The notes below the pieces were generated by a model that was given only the letters and a program-made list of their open reading frames with translations, ran no database searches and was not told the DNA's origin. Position numbers and translations under genes: made by a program. From contig BDGG01000015.1 of the NCBI GenBank assembly GCA_001949185.1, positions 1,231,621 through 1,295,620 of the forward strand: a DNA stretch of 64,000 nucleotides, in the 5' to 3' direction. This DNA comes from Ramazzottius varieornatus. Lineage: Eukaryota > Animalia > Tardigrada. This document shows, one piece after another, positions 49,176 to 62,488 of the stretch (the stretch's first letter is position 1; the number at the start of each line of letters is the position of its first letter).

Positions 49176-51611
49176 ATGAGCAACATCCAGAGTAACGCGC
49201 AGGAGCGGAGGGATATTGTTGCTCGCTACGATCGTGGACGTGACGAGAATGCGACCATTGACCCATGGGAAGATCCAGCCTTTGAAGTCTATCACAAGCG
49301 AGATCGTTACGGCTTCATACACGACCAACGAATCCCCTCTTCGACCAAGAACGATAGCAAGGTATGCAGTTGCTCTTATCGGACTAACAGTTCGAAGCTT
49401 CAGGCTTGGTTTACTAACAGAATGTAGCTTCGTGTACAGTTTGTGCATTTCCCTGGTCGTTGTAGATGGTAGAGACTGAACTGAAAAGAGTGCACAAGTG
49501 GCTGCAAATGCTGCAAAACTGGGACAATGTGGTTGGAACGGAAAAGGTAACTGGGAGCCCAGCTAGATTGTTTTCCCAAGTGCTGCACGTTTGCAGTGTT
49601 ATTGGCTGACAGCGTGCGCCACTTGGAAGGAGGTACTTGTCAAGTTTAGTGACAAGGTTTTTGTAAACATGTGCCTTTGAGTTCGATCGAATGTCATGTC
49701 TGCCATTTTAGTTCCGGAGACGCATCTACAAAGGAATACCAAACAAAGTGCGGAGCGAAGTGTGGAGACGGTTGCTAAAGATCGAAGAAATAAAGCGAGA
49801 GCAAGAAGGCGTTTACAAGGTAACTTAATTGCCTATTTAGAATTCTGCATGGGGATATTTCTAATTTGTTCTTCAAAATTCAACCTCGAAAATGTATACG
49901 GCATGCGTCTTCCAGAAAATGCGTGATTTGGCTCGAGAGCAGTCGCCGGAAATTCGGCAGATTGATCTGGATGTCAACCGCACCTACCGCAACCACGAAA
50001 TGTTTCGCGAACGTTACGGCATCAAGCAACAAGCCCTCTTCCACGTCTTGGCTGCCTACTCCATGTACAACACGGTATACCATTGATGTTGTCTTCTCTT
50101 CCCTTGCCTTCCCCGTTGACACCAATATGCAAACGTGTCTGTATCGATTTTCAATCTGTGGCGTGTTTCCCATTTGCAGGAAGTGGGATACTGCCAAGGC
50201 ATGTCGCAAGTGGCGGCCTTATTGCTCATGTACATGAGTGACGAGGTTTGACATGTTCCTTCCACTCTAACTGTCTTGCTAATGTTGCTGGACGGCTGAT
50301 ACTTGACGGTAGTTGGTCCTGTTGTGTAGGATGCCTTTTGGGCCATGTCGGCGCTGTTGAGCGACAAGAAGTACGCCATGCATGGCTTCTTCCTGCCCGG
50401 CTTCCCCAAACTGATGCGCTTCCAGACGCAGCATGAAGCCATACTAAAGAAATACCTGCCCAAGGTGAAGAAGCACATGGACAAGCACGACGTCCATACC
50501 AACCTCTACTCCGTCAAGTGGTTCTTCCAGTGCTTCCTCGACCGCGTTCCCTTCCACCTGTGCCTGCGACTGTGGGACGTCTACCTATACGAAGGCGAAC
50601 GACTCCTGATCGCCATGGCCTTTAATGTCTTCCGAATGCACGAAAGTAAGTGGTCTTTCGTCGCATATCAAGGATACCTTCTCATATACTTATCATGGCA
50701 CTATTATCGTAGAAGCGGTCTTGAAGCTGAAGTCGATGGAAGGCGTCGTCGACCTTCTCCAGAGAAATCTAGAGCTGGACTTTGGCTATCCAGATGACGA
50801 AGTGGTGAAACGGTTAGGGGAGTGCATGGACGAGCTGAGAAGAAGTAAACTGGACCTGCCCACTTCCGCCGATAACGAGCTGCCCACCAAACCCTTCGGA
50901 CTTTTGTATAACCCTACCGTCAAGCAGATGCGCGACTTCGTCGACACGAGGCCTCTTTCTGCTGTGGCCAACGGCCGAACGTCTCAGTCCTCATCCGACG
51001 GAAAGTCCTTCGAGGGGCTCAACGGCAGCTTGTCAAGTCCACCTTCCTCGGCAGAGAAAGATACAAAGAAGGAAACCGGGAGGATCTCGCCATTAAGACC
51101 GTCATCGCGGCAGCAGTCATCCAGCTCACCAACGAAGGTGTCAGTGTACGAGAACGTCCAGCAACAAGAAGGCGCGTATGGCCGAGGTAACAGGGTTCGC
51201 CCAGTAGAGCAGCCTCCTTCTTCCTCCTCTTCCGCCGCGCCACCGCTTGAGCACAATATAGGCGACCATCGATACGTTAGTATTGTTCAGGTTACAACGG
51301 AGAAGCCTCCGCTGCTCTCAAGTGAAGGGCGAAAAGGCGGACGCTTAGCTTTCGGACCTGACACGGTCGTCGAGAAGAGCGAGATGTACACCAGGGAGTT
51401 CACCACTAGCCCTCTCCGAAGCCCGACCGTCTTTCCTCGCCTCACAGCCGCACAGATACAGTCCCAGAAGCAAGGCCTCAAGATGCAGAGTGATGTCTTC
51501 AGGTATGGCACCTCTAACGGCGATATGGAGATGAAGCTGGCCAGTAGACTGGATGGTGTCATGACCAGTAATCATGGTGGAGCAACTGTGATAAGGATAG
51601 GGACGGAATAG
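49176..51611 (+). CDS. USP6NL: USP6 N-terminal-like protein / RN-tre (TBC-domain Rab GAP), multi-exon
   Basis: Starts [50 protein letters not shown]. Has the Arg finger [13 protein letters not shown], the Gln finger [29 protein letters not shown] and [21 protein letters not shown]. The long Ser-rich last exon ends at TAG 51611. Confidence 0.95.
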
Positions 51612-52142
51612 AGCAGCTCTGTCTCCAGGTTTACACCGATCGTTGTACAGTATGGGAATGTGCTGTCTTACTACCAAACTCTGTTCGAACCAACGAAGAG
51701 TTTTCTGCCTCTAGTCAAAAACGAGAATTATAGCTTCGTGGACTTGAAGCACGTGGGAGTAAGTCTCTTTTTCTGTCGTGATATCTATGCAGCCTGTCGG
51801 TGAATAGTTATACTTTCTGCGAACTTGTTTGTTTCGTTACTTGCGTTGTAACAGTGCTTGTTAATCTTCGCATTCCTTTGATCACTCGATGTCCTAATTT
51901 ATCTCCGGTTTATGACTGGCAACTCGCAATACTTTCACCTACTATGCAAAAGACTAGAAGCCGCCTTCTCGGAGTAGCCGTTGATGAACGCATAACAGTA
52001 TGACATAACAGTTCCAGCAACTGAAAGCTCCGATACAAAAATTTCTTGGCAGAAAGAATTAGAGGAACGTGGTATGTACTCGAAATAGAATCCATCAAAC
52101 TGGAACAACATACGAGGAAAGGCTTCACCTTGACTGTGCTAG

Positions 52143-54401
52143 TCACATCCACTTTACGCGTGGCCGACTGTATCCGAGGCCCCAAACGCCATTGTGACTT
52201 TTTTGCTGCTGCCTTCTCCATTGACGGAACCCTAGAAAGGCCACCATCAGACAAAAAGTCCCAGGTAATACTATCCATATAGTGGAGGAAGAGCCAGAGG
52301 AGGAAGAAGAGGTGTTGGTCAGTATATTAGCTACCTCTTGTGCCGCCACCAGCTGTCGATGCTTTGGGTCGCGAACATTCCACGTCGTGGGCACATCCTT
52401 CACTTCATAGAACCTCAGGAAGTAGTTTTTCACTTCGTGTTCGTCGAACGAGTTGTCAGCTAGTCGACACTGTGGGCACTGAGTCTGTGAGGGGAACTGG
52501 ATCTTTGGATGGGCTGGGTCCTCGGTGATGTCCCCTACCAGTCGACGATTCACTCCATTGTGGACTTTCCACAACCATAATACCGCTTCTTCATTGGACA
52601 TACTCTTTGTCTGGGCTTTCAACCCATCAGCTTCCCTTAGGAAATTCAGCCGACAATCATCGCAACTGAAGAAATGCCGGATGTAACCAAAGATGGTTGT
52701 CAGTATGCCTGCTTCTTCGTCCAGGGCGTTACTCGACCATTCTGTCTCCTTGTCGGTAGGTATTAACGTTCCTTCTGTGTTTGTGTTGTTTCTGTATGTG
52801 TTTACGGTTAAGGTATGGAGGAGTTGCCACAAGCCGCAGGGGTAGCCTCTTCGTCCCGGTTGACTTCCGGCACAGCCCACCCACTTGACAGGAAGCTTCT
52901 CCACGTCGTAGCCTGCGGCGGACAACGCTTTGAGCATTCTCTTGGGCTCTGTGAACGTGACTTCCGCCAGATGCCCAGACAGCTTTTGGAAGGCCACATT
53001 AGCAGGCGACGGGAGTGGAACGAGGTCGGTGAGGGCCTTAACGAACCGACGAAGAGCCACGAGTTGCTCTCCGTCGATCGTCTTATGAGTAGCGACTTCC
53101 GTAGAGAACATATAGATTATGGCGCTGGTAATATCCAAAGACTGAACGTGGTCGAACTCGGGCTTGATTTCCATAGAGTCGGCTTTCTTTACTGGCGTCT
53201 CCACTTGGTGGTCGGCCTCCATGTAGTGGACCGGATGACGTACGGGCTTCACGATACCTTTCTGGACAGCCAGTTCGTCGTCTATGGCGAAGATGGCCGC
53301 GATCAAGTCTTCTGACCCTCCGCTGGAAACAGCTGCAACAAAAACAGAAGATGAGATTCCAAAAATAATGGAATAACACGTCAACCAATTGGGACTTGGG
53401 CAGATAAACTCGGCAGGATCGCTTTCCCAAGTGGCGCGCCCCTTCGACCAGTACACTGGAAACTGCGCCACTTCGATATACAGTGTTACCGAGCTGTCTG
53501 CTACGTACTGTACCAATATTCACACTGAAATCAGTGCCAAAGAACAACAGGGCGTGGAATACAAGGGATAAGTAGCGTTGTGCTTTTAGTTCGAATAAAT
53601 TTCTTTACCAATTTTGTTTGAAGTTTTGGCCTTGCGATCCAGAAGCCACAGCTGTGGGTAAGGTCCCGTAATTGCCACGTCGCCTAGCGCCTCCACTAGA
53701 GCTCTGTTGAGGACCGTTATTCTCCGTGCCGTCAGGACATGCAGGTCTCCTAGAGTAGACAGCAGCACATCTTTTCCCAGGCTCGAGTCGATGGGTTCCA
53801 CAATCAGCGCCAGGTTTTCCTTGTCCTCCGGAAGACTGTTCCATAGCTCGTCAATCGTACTCGACGTCACTAGAACCATCTCCGGGGGGAATCCTTCTTG
53901 GTCCAAGTAGTCCAGTATGCCGTTATACAGTCCTGGGACCGTGTGTGGTCCAGTAAACTTCTTGCCTAGTGCACCCACCTTAGTCTTGGGAGGAAAGAAC
54001 ATGATGGTCGGGTACATCTGGACGTCATATTGGTTGCATAGAGGAGAGTTTTTGCGGACGGAACAGTCCACCACTCCGACCTTCACAAACTCCCTCCATG
54101 GGATCGTCGAGTTGGCGACGGACTTGTAGGACGGAGCGAAGTGTTGACAGTGCCCGCACCAAGAGTTGTAGAACTGGACTAGCCACACAACGTTATCCGT
54201 GCATAGCGTGTTATCGTTGTCCGGAAGTATCACGAAGAGTGTTTCGTTGAAGTTCTCCGTCGTTAGGATAGAAATGCCAAAGTCCGTAGTTTGGTTGTAC
54301 AATTCCTGGAATTCGAGAGCACTTCCCTGCGCTGTTGAAACTGTTATGGAAACGAGTATCACCGCGACGAGAGGCACAATAAATAAATCTGCAAGTGACA
54401 T
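52143..54401 (-). CDS. QSOX: Quiescin sulfhydryl oxidase (thioredoxin + Erv/ALR domains, C-terminal TM), 2 coding exons
   Basis: Signal peptide MSLADLFIVPLVAVILVSITVSTAQG, FYNSWCGHC, WVGCAGSQPGRRGYPCGLWQLLHTLTV, FFSCDDCRLNF, LWLWKVHNGVNRRL and KIQFPSQTQCPQC. Phase-1 intron at about 53608-53334. Confidence 0.95.
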
Positions 54402-56416
54402 CTTGGAAGTAATGAAAGAGACCATTATAATGTATAGGCATAGCATAATGCCATAAGCCACATCCGTCGACCACAGATGATCACTCTTCCTCCACCGTGT
54501 TCACCTCGTATCCCACTCCGCTTCTTCACCTAAACGTCTGTGGTGCTGGAACATTACTGCAGGTATCCAGATATATCCTTCGTTTCTACTGAGAGAACTC
54601 AGAACCGCAGCAGAGAGAAGACGGAAGAAATTAAAAGTACCTTCGTGTCGTCAAATCCATCACGGAACGGCCCACCAACGGTCGGGACTGGTGAACCGTT
54701 AGCACATCGTACTGACCGCCATGCATAAGGCACCCTTCTATGTTCTAATGCGCCTCCGGCCCTCCTCGAAAATAATCTGTGACTTCACTCCCAAAGTTAT
54801 CCTTTCTAGACCGATATTACACGAAACATCTCTAATTTCGCCATTCCTGAAAACGTTTATGACTCTTTGAAAGAGTCGTGAATTGCGTTCGACGGGTGAT
54901 TTACGCAGCTTAATATCGAGATTTACGCAGTTGTCGCGTACGAGTTGTAACAGAAAATCTGTCATGACCACTCACCCAACTTCTACCTTAATAAACCGGA
55001 GAAATGGTGTTCGATCAACATTCAGAACGCTTTTTGCTAATTACGAAAATGTTGATTAGTGGTTTGACAGCGAGAGTTGGGCCGTACTTGGTTGTGTAAA
55101 GCCGAAATCTGTTTTCCATAATTTACTGCGCAGAAACCAAAACGAGGGATTACTGCTCTTCACGTTTACAGAGCTTCGGTTACCGGTTCAAAATTTTGGG
55201 AATCTCAAAAACCAATCCGAATAAATAATTTCGAATGAAATCCGAAGGTTCCAGCCGATGTTCAGAAATTACTGAATGACATGAGTCAACAGCACCATGA
55301 AGTACCCCATTAGTCCAGCTGGCCGATAGATAATATTGAAATTCTAAGCAATTTTGAAACTTTGCTGTTGGTGCTTGCAACCAGTGGGATGACTATGATA
55401 CCGTACGCGCACGTCTGGTGTCAGTCTGCGAAAATGGGAGTTCTCTCTTATTATGGACTCTTCACTGCATCATGCAAGGCTGTGCCGTATACAGGATCGT
55501 GTCGTATATCGGGCCGTGCCGCTGTAAGGCGACGTTCTCTCAAATATGATTGGTTAGGATAATGCACCGAAGGTACTGTGGGTCACGAATCATCCTGCAA
55601 AAGCTAAGCCCACGTACATCGTACATTGATAGTACAGAGATTAAGTTGCCACTCCCGTTCACTTTGCAACTGTAACTACGGCCTAGCTCCGCCCCTTTCG
55701 TGACGGGTAATTACATCGTGCTTTCCGGAGCTCCCCTTATTTTCGAAAAATAGCATAATCGGAGGTACGGTTGGCTAGCATTGGGAAGGATGATGGCTGC
55801 CAACTATTCGAAGTTCTGATCAGCCGCTGCGCTCAAGAGACGTTGCAACTCATCTTAGCTACAGTGGGACTTTCATCTGGCGATGGCAAATTAATGTCTG
55901 TAGTATATTGCCAAGAAGCCACCCTAAACAACCGTTGTCTTTGTTCGTTGTTCAGTTATGTCGAAAATAGTCCTATCCAACGTGCAGTGAAAGGCCTCAC
56001 CCCACCGTAGATTTTGTTTTCAAACAACGCATTGGTGCTACCTATGAAACCACAAAAATAAATTGAATGATCGTTCGGAATGAAATGTTAAGAACCTCAA
56101 TTTATTTGTTGAGATTCTCAACATTTTGTTCAATCGACGTCAGACGGGCACGTGACTGGAAAAACACGACGTCATTCGCAACCAGGATCCCACCTCACAA
56201 CTTCACCATAATATTTACTACATATGTGAGAAGTCTTACCTGTAAAGTCTAAACGGAAAGCTCAAATGACAAACAACGGCATCAGCAAAGAGTAACGAAA
56301 TAACCAGTAATAAGGACTCAGCAAGCAAACATAGCAGGCTGGACAGGAAATCGCAGGGGATTCCTTCAAGGAAACAGGTAAACTGCAAAGCTCGAAACTA
56401 TTTCAGCACAAGCAAC

Positions 56417-56991
56417 TAGTGCTGGCAACGATACGGTATACCGATATCGTATCGAAATATATCGAGCCTTTGCGATAAAATATGCAGCAGATATTGTATC
56501 GAAAATATCGATATGAAACTCGTATCGAATAACGCAATAAAATTTTCGGCGACATCGTATCGATATATTTTCGATATGTCGGTATTTTGCTGAATGGCAA
56601 ACTCGCCAGTGATATCTCGCTTACGGAAGACCATGGTTGATTCCAAAACTTGATTTTGGCCATGGTGTACCGAGCACACTCCGCCCATTCAGATCTGGTA
56701 CTAACTCTGTCCAGGTTTCCATGTGTTTGAAGTATTGGTATAGTGATGTCTTTGCTGCATCCGACGCTTTCGATCTTACTAATACTTTATGTAGAAATCG
56801 GTTTCTTGAGTTTTTGGGCTTGAACAAGTGGAATTCCGAAAAACTAAAATTCCAGAAATATCGATATATCGCTGCGATGACACGATATATCGAAAATACG
56901 GTAACGGAAAAATATCGTATCGAATGAATATCGAAGATCGCGATAAAATATCCGCCGATATTGTATCGAAAAATATCGTATCGAATTTATC
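56417..56991 (-). mobile_element. hAT-type non-autonomous element, copy B (inverted relative to copy A, opposite end lost)
   Basis: Terminus TAGTGCTGGCAACGATAC at 56417. Near-identical to copy A over about 425 bp (the ORF-track peptides at 48038/56637 and 48138/56621 are identical). Confidence 0.87.
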
Positions 56992-57059
56992 AGTCCTATC
57001 TTGATGATCAGTCCTATCTTGATGCTGTGTAGAAATGTCAGTCCTATCTTGATGCTGTG
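56990..57059. repeat. Three copies of TCAGTCCTATCTTGATG
   Basis: Direct repeats at 56990, 57008 and 57038. Confidence 0.9.
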
Positions 57060-57129
57060 GCCAGTGGAATTCCCACCGTCTTTGACAGAGATATGTCGCA
57101 GACCTCCATTTCATCCCTCTATCCTCTTA

Positions 57130-59959
57130 AGGTCGGGATCGCAACAGGGAGGGGAGCACTCTCGTACAGAGAAATTTCTGCGCCGCTGCCTTGATCCCTT
57201 CCTAGAGAAAATCTTGAGCGATCTTCCGACTTCGGAAATCGTTTTGCATGTTTTGATTGACAGGATTTGCTCTTGGTCATCCCGCCATCGGGGATGTTTT
57301 TCTTGATTGTCCGCACGCTACAGACCAACCCGCCCACCGTGGTCTTTTGACTCTGACGTCAGTAGGCAAAAAATGAAATCTGTTGCGTGCGTGAAATGTA
57401 AAAGGTACCGGCACAGACGATATTCTTATCGGCCCTCTGGCATCTGACCTTCATGCTGCACGTTGGAAAACGATAGAGTCGAGACAACTTTTTTGTTGTC
57501 TTCTCCTATCACGGCAGGAAAGTATGAAGAGTCAGCCAGGAAAAAACTGGAGAAAGAGCTTCCATCAAACACAAGCGAAAACCGTCTCTTCAGTTTTCAA
57601 ATGCACCACAGTATTCTACAATAGCGTATACCCTAGTCTGATAAAAGTAACAGGAAGCTGAGAGACGTCTTCCAGTTCTTCTCTATATCTCGTGGATGTA
57701 AGGCATATTGCTCATTTATGGAAAGTGCTGGGTCAGTCGTTTTTTGGGTCGAATAAATATACTCTGACCACTCTGGCAGGTCGTCGTAAGGCAAGCGCGC
57801 ATCTGTGCCAGCGAAGTCCACGCACCATCCAGAACATCAATACGAACTGGGATTTGATAACTGGTCCACCGAGCGGAACTGCAGTCGAGAGCAACACCGT
57901 TCCGGAAGATGACGTAAATGAAACCTTGGACCCGGTTGTCGAGGCGGAAGAAATGGAGGGTGTCGCGGGCGTCGGTCGGCACTTGTTGAAGGAGTCGGAA
58001 TACGGGAAAATTCGTGCGATCATTCACCGGGAGTACAAGAGTAAGATACACATCACGGTGGAATCTCTACTGCCATTGAAGGAGGACGAAGTCGGTGTTA
58101 AGGTGTCGAAATCCACGATGTATCGTGTGTTACGTCGAATGGGCTTCCGATATCGGGATCGGTTCACTAAACACCTGTTTGGTGACCCAAGCCTCAAAGT
58201 CAGGCGTATCCGTTACATCCGAGCGGTTCGTCAGTTTCGACAAAAGAATGCCCTGATTGCCTTCCTGGATGAGACTTGGTTAAACGAGAACTACCAGTTT
58301 CGCAAGAGTTGGATCGAACTCGACAAAGACAAATCCACCGGCACAGCCGAAATCCAGTGCAAGGACTGCGGACAGTCGCATCCAAGTGGATCGGGAAAGC
58401 GTCTGGTCATTTTCGACGTGGTGACGGACAGGGGATTCGTTCCTGGATGACTTATCTGGGACTTATCTGGTGGACTTATCTGGGAAGCCTCAAAGCACAC
58501 TGGGGACTACCACGGGAATTTCAACTACCAAAACTACGAGAAGTAAGCCAGTCTGTCAAATCAATCAATCAATCAAATGTTGTATGATCTGTTTTGATGG
58601 TCTTTTCATTCGGAAGAGATTTGCTCGTTGCACCAGGTAAATCGAGTGGCTTGATTTCGAGAAAAGTAAAAAAAGTGGGTCAAAATTGAGTGTTTTGAGT
58701 ACATCTCGCAAACCATTGGTTGGATCTTTCCGGTCCGAGCAGACCAAATGAGGATGTCGACTGGGTCTTTCTGATTGTGAAAGAATTTGTGATGAAACTC
58801 TTACCGTGACGTAATGCCAATGCTTCAAGTTTTCGATGACGTCATGATAAATTTTGGCTGTTATGGTTTTAGATTCATGAAGGAGGTGGTGTTTCCCCGT
58901 TTGAAGGAATTTGCTCGGCTCCACGGATATGACACGGTTGTGATCGTGCTGTATAACGCAAGTTATCGTTCCCGCTTGATGCCACAGTTCAGAAGACCCA
59001 AGAGAGTGAAGAAAGAAATCCAGCAGTGGCTGACTGACCATAGGATCGAGTTCGGTGCGCGGGAAATGGTGGCCGAGCTGTGGCAGAAGGTGACGGACTT
59101 TCTGAAAAATCACGTGGGCGACAGGTACTACATGGATGACTATTTGAAGACCGAAGAAGGCATCGAGACAGTTCGTCTGCCGCCCGACCACTGTGACTTC
59201 AACCCGATTGAGAATGCTGGGCCCGCCGCAAAGGGTATGTCGCCAAGCAAAACACCACCAGAAAGCTGCCTGACCAGATCAAGCTGTGGGAAGAATCTGC
59301 TGATATCTTCAAGCCAGAAGACTTCCCCAAGCTCTTCGCCCATTGCATCAACTTGAGGATGACTACTGGGATATCGATACAAAGGAAGACCGCATTGAGG
59401 CAGTTGGTGACGAGCAAGCCGATGAGGACATTGCTGAAGAGGGCGGAGACCTGGAGCCCCTGGATCAAGATCTTGACGATGACAATGACCTAGCTTTGCT
59501 TCCGTTTTGGTGTCTTTACCGTGTCCCGCTTGATTACGAAATTCGTCCCACGCCCGTAATACTTTGTAGATTCAAAGAAAATAATCATCCCCCATTACCA
59601 TAAATTAGCCGAACCCTTATTACAACGTAGAACTTTTCCTGTAAAGACTGGGGACGGCTTGGGCGCTTGCTGTGGTACCCGATGTAAAACGCGGAAGTAT
59701 GGGACAAAACTTTCAAAACAGGTTGATTGACGTCAGAGTCCAAAGTCCACGGTGGGCGGGTTGGTCTGTAGCGTGCGGACAATCAAGAAAAATATCCCCG
59801 ATGGCGGGATGACCAAGAGCAAATCCTGTCAATCAAAACAGGCAAAACGATTTCCGAAGTCGGAAGATCGCGCAAGATTTTCTCTAGGAAGGGATCTGGG
59901 CAGCGGCTCAGAAATTTCTCTGTACGAGAGTGCTCCCCTCCCTGTTGTGATCCCGACCT
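57130..59959 (+). mobile_element. IS630-Tc1-mariner DNA transposon (Sailor/DD82E-like), full length with 232-bp TIRs and TA TSD
   Basis: TA|AGGTCGGGATC... (57130-57361) is inverted at 59728-59959 (...GATCCCGACCT|TA) and encloses a DDE transposase remnant. Confidence 0.92.
57780..59603 (+). pseudogene. Disrupted DDE transposase (DD85E spacing) with a spliceosomal intron; 5' boundary approximate
   Basis: HTH-like VSKSTMYRVLRRMGFRY; first Asp in FLDETW; GSGKRLVI; GDYHGNFN; intron 58543-58872 (phase 2); VIVL(Y)NASY; RLPPDHCDFNPIE. Lesions: in-frame TGA at 58448, second Asp changed to Tyr, and frameshifts near 59213 and 59350. Confidence 0.88.
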
Positions 59960-61839
59960 TAGGTCTCGCAGCCTTATACACCTCTTTCTCGGTATCTGTT
60001 TCTCACGTCATCTGTCTTTCGCTCATTCACACTAGCACAGAGCACAAAAGCCACATCCAACAGCTGTAAGTCTAATTGCTTCTGCAATCATCCATCCGTA
60101 TACAACTGGACGACGGGTATTCACTAGGCACACAGGCGATGGGATTTATGATCTGGGAACATCGAATCGCATTCCGATTCACCGACCACACGACAAAGGC
60201 CTTGCTATATGCGCGATACACTACTTGGACGTTGCGTTGATCACCCAACGGTTAGGCTTTCTGAACGCGTAATCTGTGACGGACTGGGAAACATCACCAA
60301 CTCTCGTATGACTCCACAAAGCGAAAGTTTTCATTCGAAAAATCTACCCCACATAAAAGTAAGTGCAGTATACCGGCTGTACCTATACCGGGTCGGACCG
60401 TATACGAAGTCGTGCCGTAGACAGGGTTGTGCTGCGTAAAGGGTGGTGCCGTGAACAAGGCCGTGCCACAACGAAAAGTGAAAGAGAAGAGAGCGTAGGC
60501 AGTTACTCAATCCCTTATCCGACATCAATGGCCTCTTACAAGCATTCCAATTGTCCCATAACTCTCCTTTTTTATTTATGTGGTCAGAAATGTGCGATAA
60601 GAAAGTCTTCTAATCGAAGTTAGCAGCAAGACGATTGCCAGCGAGTTAGCACAGCAAAATGGACATGGGAATTAAAATGAAATGTGCAGTGAGAAGGAAA
60701 GACAGGCACAGTGCTGCGCGAGTATTAGGTGTCTGTGTTGCTAGGAAGGTATTTCCGTCAGGCAGCGGGGGAGTTGTTACCACTGTCTTGCTGTAGCTTC
60801 CTTCCCCTTCTGCCTCCTTGGCATACCTCAGCTGAGGCTGACTGGTCATTTTACAGGGACATGCCCCCACTGTAACCTTAAGCTGCCTGAACGAAGCACA
60901 GCTGACCAGTGGAAAGTGGACCTTTGTGCCTGTTTAGACAGTGATTGACAACATGATAGCCTGAAATTCTGACTCCGATTCCGAATGGAAACTGAGTGCG
61001 GCTGCAGAAGCCAAGCTTGTATACGGGGTACACAGCTTGGTTTAACGAACTGGGAAACGACGGGGCTAAAACGGCCAAATTTGACGGTTTTGGAATTCCG
61101 ATACAACAATTCAAATTACAAATTTCAGGTTTCGGCATTTCGATATTAACCGGAATTGAATCGGAATTCAGACACGAGATGAAATTTTCATACGTAAGTG
61201 AAATTCAGGATCTTGGTAATTCGAATAAAAACCATCATTAATAAACGCGCGAAATGCAAGCGGATATATCATCTTCTTATAGCTCACTGTCAATGCTTTA
61301 TCCAGTAATTGACGGTGCGTTAGTCCACGTTGCACACCCTTGCAAGATGATGCACACGGACTGTAGTGTTACGCGATGGAGCTGCAGTTCGTCCCCATAC
61401 ACGCAACCATCACTCGACGGGCCTTGCTAGATCTGTTTTTGAACTGGAGTTCCAGTTTACGCCTTTGCAAGGTACGGCGGCTCCTTCGAAAGCGTAACAG
61501 TCTGTCGGCAGTCATCCGGATACTTCGCGCACGATATGTTTTAAGCGAAAAACCAGATGGCTATTCCAGACGCTTGTCCACATTCCAAACCACGCGTCGT
61601 ACCGAACAAAAATGCCAATTTTACGAAAAGTGAAATCAAAAATAATTATCGCAATAATTCGAATATTTTAAATGTGTGTCGAAAGCCGTATTCGAATTAG
61701 TCGTAATTGGTCATCCAGCCAAGACGAGGTACCTGCAATTCAAATTACTTATGTGCGAGGGATTTCGACTAATCGTAATTGCAATTCGAATTGAAAAAAT
61801 CGTATCGGAACGACACTGGCTGTAGGCTGTACTCCACCT

Positions 61840-61976
61840 TGCGGGAAGGTGGGACACACGATCAAGCGCTTGATTGATTGCGTTATGCGAATATCGAGGT
61901 GGAGCGAATGTCCGTTACGTCATCGACCATACCACCAGAACAGAACAGAACAGAACAAAACAGAATAGAGCAAAAC
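61840..61976 (+). repeat. Second copy of the 1960-2127 repeat, with a (CAGAA)n tail
   Basis: Shared blocks as described for 1960-2127. CAGAACAGAACAGAACAGAAC at about 61937-61965. Confidence 0.4.
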
Positions 61977-62488
61977 TGTAGCGCTAATACGATTAGAGTG
62001 TTTCTGCAGATGATCGTAAAATTCAGATCGTTGCTCGATCCCCTAGCGTCGGCGTAACTGCCGATGGGCGTTCTTCACGCATTTACGGCGGCTGCTGAGT
62101 CAACGCGCATTTTGGCAGGCCGTTGTTTGCAGACGGCGAAGCACTGCTGCTCTACAGTGCTCTATTTTCGTTCTATTTTTCCCGAGGTCCAGCGTTAGTC
62201 TTCCCAGTTCTGAACTAGTTTACGTCCTTTACTGAATTGTCTTCGAGGAATCTCGTTCCATTCCGTGGAGGTAAGTGAATCTCAGATCTTACGGTTCAGG
62301 AAGACTTGTAAACGGTTTGGTCTGACTGCAGGTTGCACTGATTGGCCGCTTCCACTGCGGCTTGACTGAGCTAACAAAACACTGTCTATCTCTTCAGGGA
62401 TTGCTGATGGTTGCTCGGAACAAGATCTGCTTTATCGTGGTCTGCTGTATTGGTTGAGATAGTAACAGCTGCCAATCTGGAAGCGAAG

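Noticed and set aside
53429-53474. 9-bp stem AAGTGGCGC...GCGCCACTT in the QSOX intron
   Set aside because: Short single hairpin with no supporting element boundaries or snoRNA boxes that I could verify.
47513-56991. Composite transposon mobilising USP6NL and QSOX
   Set aside because: The two surviving termini point the same way, so they cannot serve as outer ends, and no flanking TSD was found.
56990-57059. Short repeats as a CRISPR-like array
   Set aside because: Eukaryotic context, only three 17-22 bp units, no regular unique spacers and no cas genes.
60960-61820. AATTCG/CGAATT-rich tracts ending ACGACACTG, resembling hAT MITE subterminal regions
   Set aside because: No matching second TIR or TSD could be identified.
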